Source: Chrysomallon squamiferum (Eukaryota; Animalia; Mollusca). Taken from it: a stretch of 64,000 bases of DNA. Below, in pieces: positions 11,731 through 24,736 of this stretch (positions within the stretch are counted from its first letter, which is position 1; each line of letters opens with the position of its first letter). A model generated the notes under the pieces. It was not told where the DNA came from, searched no databases, and was given only the letters and a program-made list of their open reading frames with translations. The DNA is taken from contig CM022672.1 of the NCBI GenBank assembly GCA_012295275.1, positions 28,706,001 through 28,770,000 of the forward strand, written 5' to 3'. The translations under genes were made by a program, and so were the position numbers.

Positions 11731-14343
11731 CTGCAAACAGAACAAGAATACCTTCAGATTTCAGTTACTAAAAACAACTGAAGCACATTCTCCAAGGTCA
11801 ACGCACAAAGATGCTTTTCCCCTCCCTTCTATGTACAAAACACACGTGAGTTTACTACATTTTGGTAACATTTCAAGATCACAAAAATATTATAATGAAT
11901 GTAATTACCATTTAATACATAACCTGAACTCAATTTACAAATAACTGTTTTATTTATTTTTTAAAAATCATTCTCAGAAAATTATTTGAAAACATAAATG
12001 TATTATTTAATGCTAACATTATAAATAAATAAATAAATAACTTTATTCTTCATCTTCTTTTTTATTTTATTTATAAAGCACTTTGGCTAACTAACTAGGA
12101 AATAAATGAAACAATCTGAATATCACATGTAAAACAAGATATAAACTTAAAATCTGATAACCTGTTGCATTCAAAGATCTTGGTTTTCCTCTCTAATAAG
12201 TTTTAAACTTTTCAATTACAATCATGAACAAAAATAAATCAGTTACGTTTTCCTGGAGGTTTTTTTTAAAAAGAAAAGAAAAAAAGATTTATTTTGTCAA
12301 GTCTATGTTAATAAGGATGATAAGATTATACAGCAGCAGTGTTAATGTGGTCAGTTTATAGAATCCAATGGATTATTTTGACTAATCAGCTGAAAACCAA
12401 ATGTAGGAGGAAAGCACAAATTACATTTCAATACCATCATAAACAATTCTGTTATTAAGATAACACTAACCAGTCATTTATGCCATAAAATTGTGGCAGC
12501 AAACATTTTTTGAAAAATATTAAAGAAAAGTAACTTAATGTTCTGAACTAACAGCCCAGCCTAGTGAGTATATATAATTTGATTAATTCTGGTTGTTTTT
12601 GTTTGTTTTTTAAATGTGCACAGATTCTACAGTAACTATTTTTTGAAAATACCACCAAATGCTGCATGATTAAAAAATTATTCTGAATGAACTAACAAAC
12701 ATCATGTTTTACATCTGTCTACAGTGTACACGATTTATCTTCAAATATGCATTGGCTAGTACAGTATAGTGTTTGACTTTCTTATCATTATCCAATCCAA
12801 AACCAGTTAAAATTTACAAGAATAGGAAAATAAAATGATGTAGCAATTATAAATACAGAAATGATTAAACAATTTTTATCTGATTGAAAAGATGCTTTAC
12901 ATGTGACTTTGATGTAGTGACTGCACATGAAAAACCTGTTTTCATGACAGCCTTCTAATTTCTTTTTTTTTTTCTTTTTTTTTTTGTTATTTTACTTTTT
13001 TTCTCTCTCTCCCTTTTCATCCCTCCAATTTTCTAAATTGTTACTGTTTATCTTAGTATTCTTCAAGTTTTGGCTCTTCCAGCTCCAACATTCAACATTT
13101 TGTATGCTCCGGCTTTTCTTTCTTTTGATAACAGATTCTGTCAGACTGTTTCAATTTCTCTTGGTATCTAATTATTAAAGATTTCCAAGCAGACTTTTTC
13201 CTGCTGAGGCTTCATTTTGTGGCTGGAGTATTTCTTTTTATATGAAGAAGTATTGTTATTTCTTAATTTTGGAATACTCTGTTGGAAAACAATGCAAACC
13301 ATCTAACTTGAATAGGTTAGATAAATTTGGATATGTCAATTCATTTACAGCTGATAATTAAAAGTTGAAGGTGTCAGTAAAATAGTTTGTCTGAGGGAGT
13401 TTGAATTTTTAAAATTTAAATTTTTACTGCTGTTCTGATGGATAAGTATGTTTCATATGCCAAGAAACATGTTCTTATAAAATAATACAAAGGAATATGC
13501 ATGTGTGTGTGTGTTTTTATGTTTCCTTGTGTATGCACTTACTGACAGATACAACCATAGAAACAGATGAAAAACACATGTACATATGTTACTAGAAACA
13601 ACCAAAAATACACAAATTCCTGTGTTTCAAGATTTCCAAACTTCATGAAACAATCAACACAATTCAATTAGCTGACATTTAAATTGCAAATATCATATTT
13701 GTCATGATACATTAATTTGTAAGTAAAAAAACAAACACCAGTCAGTGCACTGCTAACAGTTTACTACAACAGTTCTTTGAAATTCTTGTCTGCTTTCATG
13801 TATTATGTAATCTGGCCTTTGCCATGTACAGAGGGAGATGACCAAAGTAGACATATTTTGTTCCACTTAGTCAAAAATCCATTATTCTGTAATTTCCCAG
13901 GGAAAAAAACAGCTGGATCATTCCAGTGCTTCAAGTTTTCAAAAGGCTAATTTCTATTAAATTTCTATTAGTCTGGAACAGCAAAACATATTAAACAATG
14001 TGCATATAAAAAGAAGTCGATATAGATACAAAATGGAATTTTACTAATAAAATAATTCCAACAATTTAAACTAATTATAAAACACTTTCATAAATTAATT
14101 AGTACCTTTCTTGCATTAGAAATGCAGTTCACAAATTGGCTCAAACACCTCTAACAATTAATATTCATTTTGAGACAAACATGCATTATAATGAATACTA
14201 AGTAATCTAAAAAATGTATAAGTGTTTCACGTCAAAATTCTGAATTCACAATTCCAAGTGTAACATTTGATCTTCATTATGATACATTTTGATGAGTAAC
14301 ATAGTTTGCTAAAATTAACTGCAAGTATTGAAAATAATGTTTA

Positions 14344-14596
14344 TCATTCTTTATCACGTGGAGTGGGTTTCCGACTAAGACAACTACAAGATTCAAAATG
14401 CCGAATTATGCTGTCTTTCCGCTGAAAGTTTTTCGAACAGAAAGGACATGTGTATTTTACTTTTTCATGAACTGATTTAACATGTCTTGCAAGATTAGAT
14501 CGCTGTTTATAAACATTATCACAGTGAGGACAACAATATGCAATGGCTCTCCTTTCAAGGAGCTGAATCTTTCTCCTTTCTGCAGCAGTCAGTGGT
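14344..14596 (-). CDS. Gene A alternative terminal exon V3: C2H2 + C2HC pair (CPHCDNVYKQRSNLARHVKSVH...CPFCSKNFQRKDSIIRHFESC)
   Basis: Acceptor tgtttccttttcag, phase 2, length 1+252 nt. Confidence 0.85.
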
Positions 14597-15525
14597 CTGA
14601 AAAGGAAACAGACATTCAACTAGAAAACTGCAATTATTTTATTACATGACACAAATTCAAATTCTTCCTTGCTGTACACACCTGCATTGAAAATAGTAGA
14701 CATGCAACTAACAAGAAATACTATCTGTATACTCAACTATCCTTACCACTGGGTATAGCAGCAATATTTAATTTTGAAATGATGTGGCTATGTTCAGCTA
14801 ATGTGCTAAGTACACATTACAAACACAGTTCACCAGGTAAATCAGTATTAATACTACTGAAAAAATGCAATCACATATTGTATTTATTTAACCCATCCAC
14901 ACAAAATGTTCTTTATCCATTATTTAAATACTAACCTTTTTTGTCTCAGTATGTATTACTGAAGTTTCATTTTGTTCAAACTATCCAGTACAAAACATTC
15001 TTTAACGTGTACTAAAATACTGGTTGTTACAATTTGCTTAATGTGTTCTCAATTTAATATTTCATTATTTCCCATGAAATTAATAAAACTGTTAACATTC
15101 AAGAAAACAAAGCAAATGGTTGGAAAAATGTTAGAAAATGATTTCTCCTGAAAGATGTATTTTTTCTTCTGATAATTCAAGTATATTATGCCATCTCAAC
15201 ATTATCTTGACAAGTTGTCAAAATGAAGTCACTGACATTTTCTCTATTCATTCAGTGAAAGCCATAATACAAAACAAATATTAAAAATTACTTGTTCTTT
15301 GAGTTAATTAGTTGCGTGAAACATAATCATTTTTAAAAGAACATTTATTTAATACAAACTAAGAATTAAAATTTTATTTTACAAATAGTAAGGAACAGGC
15401 AATGACAACATAATTTTAGTGAATATCAGAGCACATGATATCAGCAGAATAAGGAACTTTCTTTAACTATTTATATATCAAATTGTTTTCAAAGTCTGAA
15501 GCAGTAATGAAGATACATAACTTTC

Positions 15526-15745
15526 CTATAAGATATGATTATTAAGTTTACAATGCTGATTAAGATTGTCTTTTCGATTGAATGTCTGTCCACATGTTTT
15601 GCAAGAAAAGACTACTTTTTCATGTACACTTCTCTTGTGTCGAACAAGGTTGTGGCAGAATGTGAAGCTCTTGTTACAGATCTCACAAAGATAACAAGGA
15701 TACATTTTGGATATTAGGGCATTTTTCTTGAAATGTCCAGGCAGT
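15526..15745 (-). CDS. Gene A alternative terminal exon V2: C2H2 pair (CEICNKSFTFCHNLVRHKRSVH...CKTCGQTFNRKDNLNQHCKLNNH); absent from the ORF track
   Basis: Manual translation from acceptor ttattttgttttcag, phase 2, length 1+219 nt. Confidence 0.85.
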
Positions 15746-16162
15746 CTGAAAACAAAATAAAATTGTCCGGATCATTGTAAATTCTGTTAAGTTTCACAAA
15801 TTGTATAGAAGACAGTATGAATAGTAATCAGGAGAAAATAAATGTTACATAACAATATATTTATTACCAAATAAATTAACAGATCTCAAAACTTTTTAGT
15901 ATTACAAACTAATAAATCCACATTTTATTATATAGTATAAACAGTAAAATTCTTTTCATGCAGTCACATTCTCTGTAATGTAGTATTTCATAATTCCAAC
16001 TTGCTAATAGTTTCACAATACCAAGACAGTAATACATCTTTCAAGCCCCAAAATCACAAGTCCATACATTAACAGCTGTAATTTTTTTCAATGATGTTTC
16101 TAACGATTGCTGACAGAATTGTTTTCACTAGTGTCAGTGATTAAGACATGTCACAATGACCA

Positions 16163-16394
16163 TTAAGTATAATGCCCTTGCATCTTCATGTGCATATTGA
16201 GTGCATACATCCGACTAAACTGTTGGCAGCACACTTTGCATGCATACCGCTTCTGTTCATGTATGCTCTTGTGGTGCCGCATCAAGTTGGTGCGGTAGGT
16301 AAAGGCTCGGCCACACAAATTGCACACAAACGACAAACCACTATGCATTATATCAGTGCTCTTCAACTGAGTGCAACTTTGTGCTTTCTCCTTT
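16163..16394 (-). CDS. Gene A alternative terminal exon V1 (most proximal finger exon): C2H2 pair (CNLCGRAFTYRTNLMRHHKSIH...CKVCCQQFSRMYALNMHMKMQGH)
   Basis: Acceptor ttccttccatttcag, phase 2, length 1+231 nt. Confidence 0.85.
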
Positions 16395-19300
16395 CTGAAA
16401 TGGAAGGAAAAGAATGTTTCAAGGTGTGAGCCAACCATAGAAACTAAAGTTTTCATGCAACCCCAAGAGAATTTGCTTTTTAAAATAAATTATTCTTCTT
16501 CTACTAATGCAAATCTGAGGCACTGATATTCAATAATGAGTCAGCAATGAATAAGAGATGTTTTATTATTACAAGTAAAAAAAATGTTATGGTGCTTGCA
16601 TCACAAAACACAGGACTTTTTTTCCTAAAATGTATTGATATTATACGTCTATTTATTTTTTTTTTCCTTCACAATTTTGATCATTATCTAAAACACACAC
16701 ACACACACAAAAAGAATTGCAAAACAAATTATCTCTGAAATTAATTTGTACAATATGTATTTCAATTTAATAGATCTTTTGTTAGTATATTTTTCCACAG
16801 AACATTTTTAACCAGTTTCCATACTGAAACAATTTATACAACTTTAATTTGACTTCAAAATAGTGGATAAAGTCAGAAGTAAGACACCAGGTCTGGCAAC
16901 TTTGCAAACCAATTTTATTTTATTTAAGGATAATTCAGCAATTCACACAACCAATGTGTCAACAACCACTTGTAATAAAATATATGTTTGTTTTAGTTTC
17001 AAATGCACTTCAATGGACCAATATTTATGAAAATACAGCCCTTTTTTTAAAAATGAAAACTATTAAATTCCTAAGCAACCAATGGGTTGTTCTTCATAAT
17101 GTAGCTGTTGCTGGAAATGTAACTGTAAAAATCATAAATTACTTATTCTATGGACCATGTTACAAGTTTGTACCTTTTACCTTTGAATTTGATCTTGTGG
17201 TCAGAATAATGATGTTAATAACAAATTTAAAGTCAAAACAAGCATATCTGATGCATGTTTAACACACTTAAAGATAGTTAAATGCACGTCAGATGCAAAA
17301 TAAAATAGAAGCCTAATTTCGCAAGATCATATTTCCATATGTATTGTATGAAGAATGTAAACTTAATATTCAAGTTTTTGAGACCAAATATGTATACCAA
17401 TTCCATTCAAAATTCAAATTAGCCAAGTTACAATTTTACATTTTTATCTATTATCTGACATAGAATTACCCTTAAATATTACCTACAATTCAAATAAAGC
17501 CCAATGAAATGCCGCAAAAATCACTGGATATACACTGCCTTTGTGTAAGTATTTTAAGTTCTTTCTGGCTCTATATAAAGAAATTACTGTAATATCCAGT
17601 TATTTATATCAAGCCTGTCATATTTTGAAATGCATGAAGTATGCATTATTGAGACTGCTCATCAGTTCTGAAGTTCTCAAGTTTATGTTAGTAAGAAAAA
17701 AATTTAAATGGAAATTAATATCAGTGCAAGTTATTTCTCAAAATAAGCAGATGTTGATTTTTTTTAAAGAATTATTGACACAATCAACAAAATGAAGACT
17801 ACAGGAATTATAATAGGCAATTCATTATTAATCCCATTTTCAAGTACCTTTTTTTAAATTACATATCCTAATTTTTCAACTTCAGTAATTTTGTTTTCAT
17901 TTTTAACTACAAAAGAAGTTTTACCTTCTCTACAAACACACTGAACCTGATTAGAAAGACAAGTTATAAGATGGTCATTACCACAGCAGGCAATAATACT
18001 TTTTTGTGTTTGACCACACTAAAATATTTTTGGTGCCAAAACCCCTAAGCAAGAATTAGATGATTCACTCTCAGATAATATATTTTATGTCAATTCTCTG
18101 TGTAATTTAAATATTCAAATGTCAAACTGCATTTATCTTTTCCTCATAAATCATACAGATGTATGTAATTTTGCATAAATGCCATTAAAATTTTCACCCA
18201 TTCTTTATTTTTATTTTAAATTGTAACATCTGTTCCCGATAAAATGAAGTAAATTCAAAATAGATATTTTTTTTTTTTTTTATGTGGATGTTTTGCTGGT
18301 TGTTTTGGTTTTTTAAATAATAACAATAAATAAAAAACATAGATTTTGTAGATTTTCAATTATACAAGCTCATGTGTTTTTATTTGTGTGTGTGTGTGTG
18401 TGTGTATGTGTGTGTGTTTTAGTTATATGAGAAGAGAAAATAAATAAATCAAAGAAAAACCCACATGTAAACAAAGTATAAATAATTTGAAAATTTAAGG
18501 TTTATAAACAATGGTAAGCTGTAACTAATAATGTACAGCAAACTTAGTTTTCAAATTGCTTTCCTTTTGAATTGGCATATTATTGTTTTGAGGAATGTTA
18601 GTGAGAAAAAAATGTATGAATAGCATCAAATTTTTCTTCTCTTTCAACAACATTTCTAACTTAAATAAACTCAAATATATCACTTAAATTGTCAATGCAT
18701 GTAGATTAAGAGAGTTAATAAAAAAAAAGTCTGACAATGTACAGATTTTTTAAAGCAGTTGTTGTTTTGTGTACTGAATTTCATTTACAAAGTTCTTTTA
18801 CATTGGGTAATTTTTTAAGGGCCTACTGTAATTTGAGATTGACTAAAATTTATTTCATATGTCATGCTTTGTGTTGCAAATATTGAGTCTACTAAAAAAA
18901 ATGTATTCAACTCTGCAAAGTGTATTTCATTTGGTATATTGAAGCCAAAGCTGCTAAAAATAAAATATTCCTTTGCACTTGCCTTTCCTCCTGAAAACAT
19001 TTCACAGTTAATGAATCACAGCTAATGAATTACAATGTAACAGTACTTACAAAAGTTTTAAGTTTGGTAATGTGAATGTAAATGGAGCAAAAGCTGAATT
19101 TCACTTGTACAAGTTTTGAGAAGTGACAAATAAATTTCTGAGCATCTGTTTCAATGTTGGAGAGGATTTTACAGAGGATTTTACGAACCACAGGAGACTA
19201 TTAAAGGAAATTTGTACTGGGAGACCTCTGTTATTATTTATTATGTATGTAGTATGTTTTGAACCAGATTTTATACTGAAGTCATTCAAAGCAGTCTGTA

Positions 19301-20848
19301 ACATTATGGCAAGAAGTGATATGCCTACATAGCAAAATGCTTTATCCTGAAGCTAACGTTGTGTTTCTGCATGGTCAAGTCTGTTCGCAGGAAGACAGTT
19401 TGTAGAATTAACCTGTGAGCCAAAAAGTAGTGTAGGAATGAGGTTCACAATACCCATTTATATAAACACAATCAGGTGGCAGCTTATTTCACAATACATT
19501 TGTGCAATAAACAAAAAGATAAGATTTCACACATGACCTCAAAATTTTAATCAAAAATAGATCAAAACAGTATCGCAGACCAAAAACAGAGGAGCTTTTG
19601 AGTACCTAACAAAGATTTTACATTTTATCTGTCATTACTAACCCTGTGTCTACAGAACTAAAACACCACTCATCTCTCATACCTTTTGAAATACATGTTA
19701 TTTACAACCTTGTTAATTCCATTACTTTCCTGGCCACCACAGTCCACATGTAAATTGTTGATTATATACATCCATAGTTTTAATGACAGATAGGAAGGTT
19801 ACATTTATATCAACAAAGTTCCAAAAGATTAGGGCAATGGAATGGCTGTTAATTACAATATACTTTCAGGGCCAGAAATGCCCCATGGTCAGAATTACCC
19901 TACATTACCGTAAAACAAACAAATATAAGCAGATTTATTAACTGTTATAAATATCTGTTAACATCTATAAAGTGTTGTGTTTCAATTGAATTCAACAAAT
20001 ACTAGTAATACCAAAATTTTGTATAACGTAACAGCATGCTTGTCTAATGTTTGTTGTTCTGAACAATAATTGTTAAATGTTTTTTGCAACTGAATCTAGC
20101 CATTTTTCACAGAATAACAAATAATCATAAAAAACTTAGTGAGAACAGAAAATTTCCACCGAAAAATTCTAATACAAGGGGAAAAAAGAAACAAAAAAAC
20201 ATTTGTCAAACTATGGGTGGAGAAGTATATGTATGAAACTGGTGCTAAAATGGATCTGGTTTCCTAACATTTACAGACTGAACAGTGTCAGTAATTGTGG
20301 ACAGATACTTAGGATACAAGTCCTATATCAAAACTGAAAAGCCAAATTAAAAATACGAAGTTCCTTTCTTTTTCAACAACAATAACTTATAATCTACATT
20401 CTTCCCAGCGAATAATATGAAATCACCAGATAATAATCACTGAAAAACAATTATTATTTTCTTCTTGATACTTGCTGTTTGTACATTTAACACTAAATAT
20501 GTCGGTAATAAAATCTTAATGAAAAGATGGTCATTTTGTTTTCTGCTTTTCTGACATAAGATTTCTGGTAATTTTTCTTAGTCAGCTACAGTTCATTATT
20601 ACTAGTATCATGACTTAATGCTAAATGTTACAAAGACAGATAATAATGAATGAATACATTTGATGCATCACTAATAATTTCAAAGGAAAACAGATTTATA
20701 TTTATTTTATTTACTGTGATAAGCAAATAAATTACATCAGTATGCACTATTCCTTATTGCACATATAAAAAGGTAATAACATTTCAGTAAAAACATAATA
20801 TTAGGACTACAATTAAATCAAATATCATAGCCTTCTTCAAAAAATTAA

Positions 20849-23385
20849 CAGATGTATGACCCATTCTCAAAAAGGTGATCTCTGACATGAGAAACATTAT
20901 AAAATATACCTGTTATTTGTATTATTTATGAAAATGTATCAAAAATGCATTTAAAATGATTTTATTGACATGAAAATCACTGGCAAAATGTGATCAGCTG
21001 CCCATGACATTAACTTCTGGTCTTCCATACTAAAGGAGGTGTAATCATGAGATTATGCAGGTTCCTTCATCACTGTCCAACCTCCCACTGGACAGATGCT
21101 TGAAGAGGGCAAAGAATTGTTCTATTGCAACAGTAATCTGTCTCTCTGTTTTTGTAGCAGGCAAGTCTCTTCTTTCTGTAATTGTCAAATGTTTGGCTAG
21201 TCATGTTCTTTTTTCTCTTTTGTTGAGTTTCTTTTTCTCTGATCATTCCACAGCTTTTTTTATCCATTCTTGGTTGAGGCTTTGCTGTCTTTAGTTTTGA
21301 GTTCACTGTAATACATAAGAATAAAAACAATAAGCCACTTTGTTTGCATTATGAAATAATTTTTCAAAATCTTGAAACTGTGCTGTTTATGACAATTCTT
21401 TGAGAAAGCAAAAATATAGAAAGTGTTGGGTGTAAGACCATAAGCCTTAAACAGATAAAGAAAAGAGGAAAATGTATTGCTACTAAGGAATTTTTTTCAA
21501 AGAAGGCAATGTACCGATAAGCCTTTGATCGAAATCTGCACAAAGCTTGTTGATGGTCCTTCTGCTCTTGTGTCTTTTGTCTCTGCCTCATCTGTCTTGC
21601 CCACTCTGTGTCTTTTTCCTTGATGAGCTGGTACCTAAATGAATAAGATGCATGTGTTATATTAAGAATTTCAAAGCAAAATACATTCTAAATGTAACAC
21701 ATTCACAGTGACACTATTTTAAACAACATTACCAAAGAGTGATACCACATACTGCATTAGTGATTGTGACAACAGCCAACAATATTGAAAAATAATTTCT
21801 TCCAGAAACTGCTGAGGAGATAACCATAAACTAAGCAATCAAACATACACTGGACAGACCACATACAAACATGCAGATGTGCAAGTTGAAAAATGATACA
21901 TACCACACTGGGTCCTGTTTAATATGTTCTCTGAGACGCTTGCTTCTTTCTGCAGCAGATAGAGTGGGCTGCCTCCTAACCTCCATCTTTGTAGAACCTT
22001 TCATTTTGGGTAGTGAACAATAGTGGATTCAAATTTCAAAATCAAACATTGACATTTTATTCTTTTTAAATTCATTCCTGATGATCCTATTCTTACATTA
22101 ATGCTCATACACAGCTATAAAAAATGGATAACCAATTTTGGCATGTGTTATTCAGTAAGGAAGAGCAAAAAGGTATTCTGCAAGGGAAAAAAAAAATCTA
22201 CAATAAAAAATAAAATTAAAAAGAAATTAAATTTCCCAAATAAAAATTATTTTTCCATCACTTTTACAAAGCATTACTGAAACAAATACTATGATCAAAG
22301 TTCATTATTTTAAATCTCTCTTAAAAACAAAAATAACTAAGAGATTTTCAGTATATCAAGCTCAATGTACAAGATTAAAATTCTACGTAATCAATTATAT
22401 AGATATAATCAAGAACATTAATCTATTAAAGTTGAATAAAAATAAACAGTAGGTCAATTTTATTTAAGTGATGATCATATGCAAACAGTGGTTTGTTTAG
22501 TATCCAAACTGCCAAATTAGATGATTCTTGCTGAAACTAAAAAATTGTGTGACCTCTGCAGATTTATTTTGCACAAATAAAGTTAAATATCTGATCTACA
22601 TTTAAGAGTATTTTTTTAAGTGAAAAGTACTCACCTTTTATTTTGAATCTGTATGATTCTCTGATGCTATTTTTCATAGGAAAATTAAAAATACTTCTAG
22701 AACAACAAAATGGAAAAATGTATTTCGTAAGTCATTAAAAAGGTTTTTAATTCCGGAAATGTTAAAGGCGGTAATGCGCACGAGGTGGATACAAGCATTA
22801 GCAAAACAATGTGTCCTCGGATGATGGCAAAAATGTCAAATAACTCTACAATGCCTGTAAAACAGCTGTATGTAATACACTGGTTGTAAATCTGTTATTT
22901 GTGTAAATTTCTGCCATAAACACTTTTATAAATTAAATAAGTCAAATTCAGTATGGACACAACAAAGTAGTTTCAAGTTCTGCTTAACTTTTACCTCATT
23001 GTATACTTGTGTGTTTTTTTGGCAAAACAAAACTGACCTAATGACTTATGAGCCACAAAATAGAGTCAGATATATGAATGATAGCCATAAAGCATTATTT
23101 CTGCTTCTGGATATCAATATCTGAATGGTTTATGTTCTGCACATTATGTCTTAAAAGATGTGACTATGTTTAAGAGGAGTGGAGAGCATCAGAAGTGTTT
23201 ATGATATTTCATTAAATAACACACACACAAACACAAACAATGATGATTTTTTTTTTTTTTTTTAACAAATGTGTCTTTATTAGCTATCAGTTATACAGCA
23301 TGTTCAAAAACCAGTTAAACACTTGTAAATTAATCAAACACACCAACAACTCCCTATCTCACCTTTTGAGAACAGGTCGTATCTG
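20849..23385 (-). mobile_element. Old TIR DNA transposon relic carrying a spliced basic/coiled-coil ORF start (MEVRRQPTLSAAERSKRLREHIKQDPVW|YQLIKEKDTEWARQMRQRQK...)
   Basis: Imperfect inverted termini: cagatgtatgacccattctcaaaaaggtga (20849) and tcaccttttgagaacaggtcgtatctg (ends 23385). Inside are GT-AG exons at about 21903-21988, 21516-21634 and from 21306 down. No clean TSD; superfamily (Sola-like) is a guess. Confidence 0.5.
22701..22926. repeat. Dispersed repeat; inverted partner at about 31404-31585
   Basis: gtaagtcattaaaaaggtttttaattc and cagctgtatgtaatacactggttgtaaat...ctgccataaacactt match the reverse complement of 31404-31585. Confidence 0.75.
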
Positions 23386-24736
23386 AATTATATCGTCTTA
23401 TATTCTGAATATTTTTAAACATTATTCTGTTTAAAGATATTTTCCCAAAATACTTGTTGTTTTAGATAACAAGAACAATCCAAATAACTATTCTTTTATT
23501 TTCATGAAATCTTAATATAAAATAAAAATACTCCGACACCATTTACATTTTTATGGTGAAACTGCCACCATGTTTAATGCATATAAACATTAAAAAAAAT
23601 TAAAATAAGAAACATAAGCAATTAACAATTTCAAATTTTATTTTCTACTATAAGCATATTATCAGCAATTTTGTTTTGTATAAAACTTTTTTACAGGATA
23701 CACATTTATATCCCAAAATAAGGTTAGATGTAAATCAATTTTTTAAAAAAGATTTATAAAGTTTGAATAAATTTTAATTTAGCTTTAGAAATGTTACTAT
23801 TTAATGTGAAATATGCCTTAATTTTATTCTGTCAGCAAAAATACTAATTTTAAGATACTCAAATATACAAGAATTACCTACATAACTGTTTCACTCTATT
23901 AGAAATGTCTAACATATTTAGACAGGAAACCAAAACATAAATACCTATTGAAGATGGGATTGTGAAGTTATGTAAAAACACATAGAATCGTGGAATTTAT
24001 CATTCTTAAACATTTAATGTATTTTTTTCTTCAGAATTTCAATTAATCTTTTTATGACTGTTTTAAGACAAAATATTGATCATAATATTATTCATAATAT
24101 TTTCGATATGAACTCCAGCATAATACCCTGTGTTTTCTTGGATGTTATGTTTAATTATCACTGCAAAGTAACAAACTGTATAAACATTCCAATAATTTTT
24201 ATTTTCAGTAGCTAAGTTGCATAAGCTGTATAATTTGCATAACTTGCATAACTAATTTATCTGATGCGAAACAGTACACATTTTGATAATTACGAAATTT
24301 TAAGAATTTATTAGTGTTTAGAAAACACTGACTACTTTAAATTCAAACTCACCTTATGACTGTAATTAAAATATTTATTATTCTTTTGACTTTATGCTGC
24401 ATTTTCTTTAGCTAAGTAACCTATCCGACAGTCAACTGTTTTGTATACACCTTACCAAATTTGTTAAACTTCATTTTAATAATATCACTGACATTAAATT
24501 TGTTAAGAAAAATTTAAAAAATTAATAATAAAAAATAGAAAATAAAAAATCATAATTTAAAAATCTGTAAAAACTTTTTAAAAATGCTGAAAACATGGTA
24601 GCAATTTCTGTAACTTTGAGACATCTTTAATTCAAGCAACTAACATATTACAGTTGTTTATTCAGAAAATATTTCCAATCAGATTATAAAAAGAAACATG
24701 TTCACATATTTATGTTTTATACATGAAAATGTAAGA

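Noticed and set aside
395-16429. Overlapping or antisense ORFs such as 395..718, 4818..5042, 5299..5592, 7677..7949, 11651..11944, 15535..15717 and 16172..16429
   Set aside because: They are shadow frames of the real finger exons with no independent motifs.
534-16456. Reading the zinc-finger ORFs as a cluster of independent single-exon genes using the ORF-track starts
   Set aside because: The ORF-track starts are mostly TTG/GTG or lie in pyrimidine tracts, several cassettes have no usable start, and all share an acceptor in one phase matching the upstream constant donor.
19101-19412. Acceptor-like site at about 19412 and ORFs 19101..19304 / 19123..19332
   Set aside because: The phase-2 frame closes after about 28 codons and has no finger or other recognisable motif.
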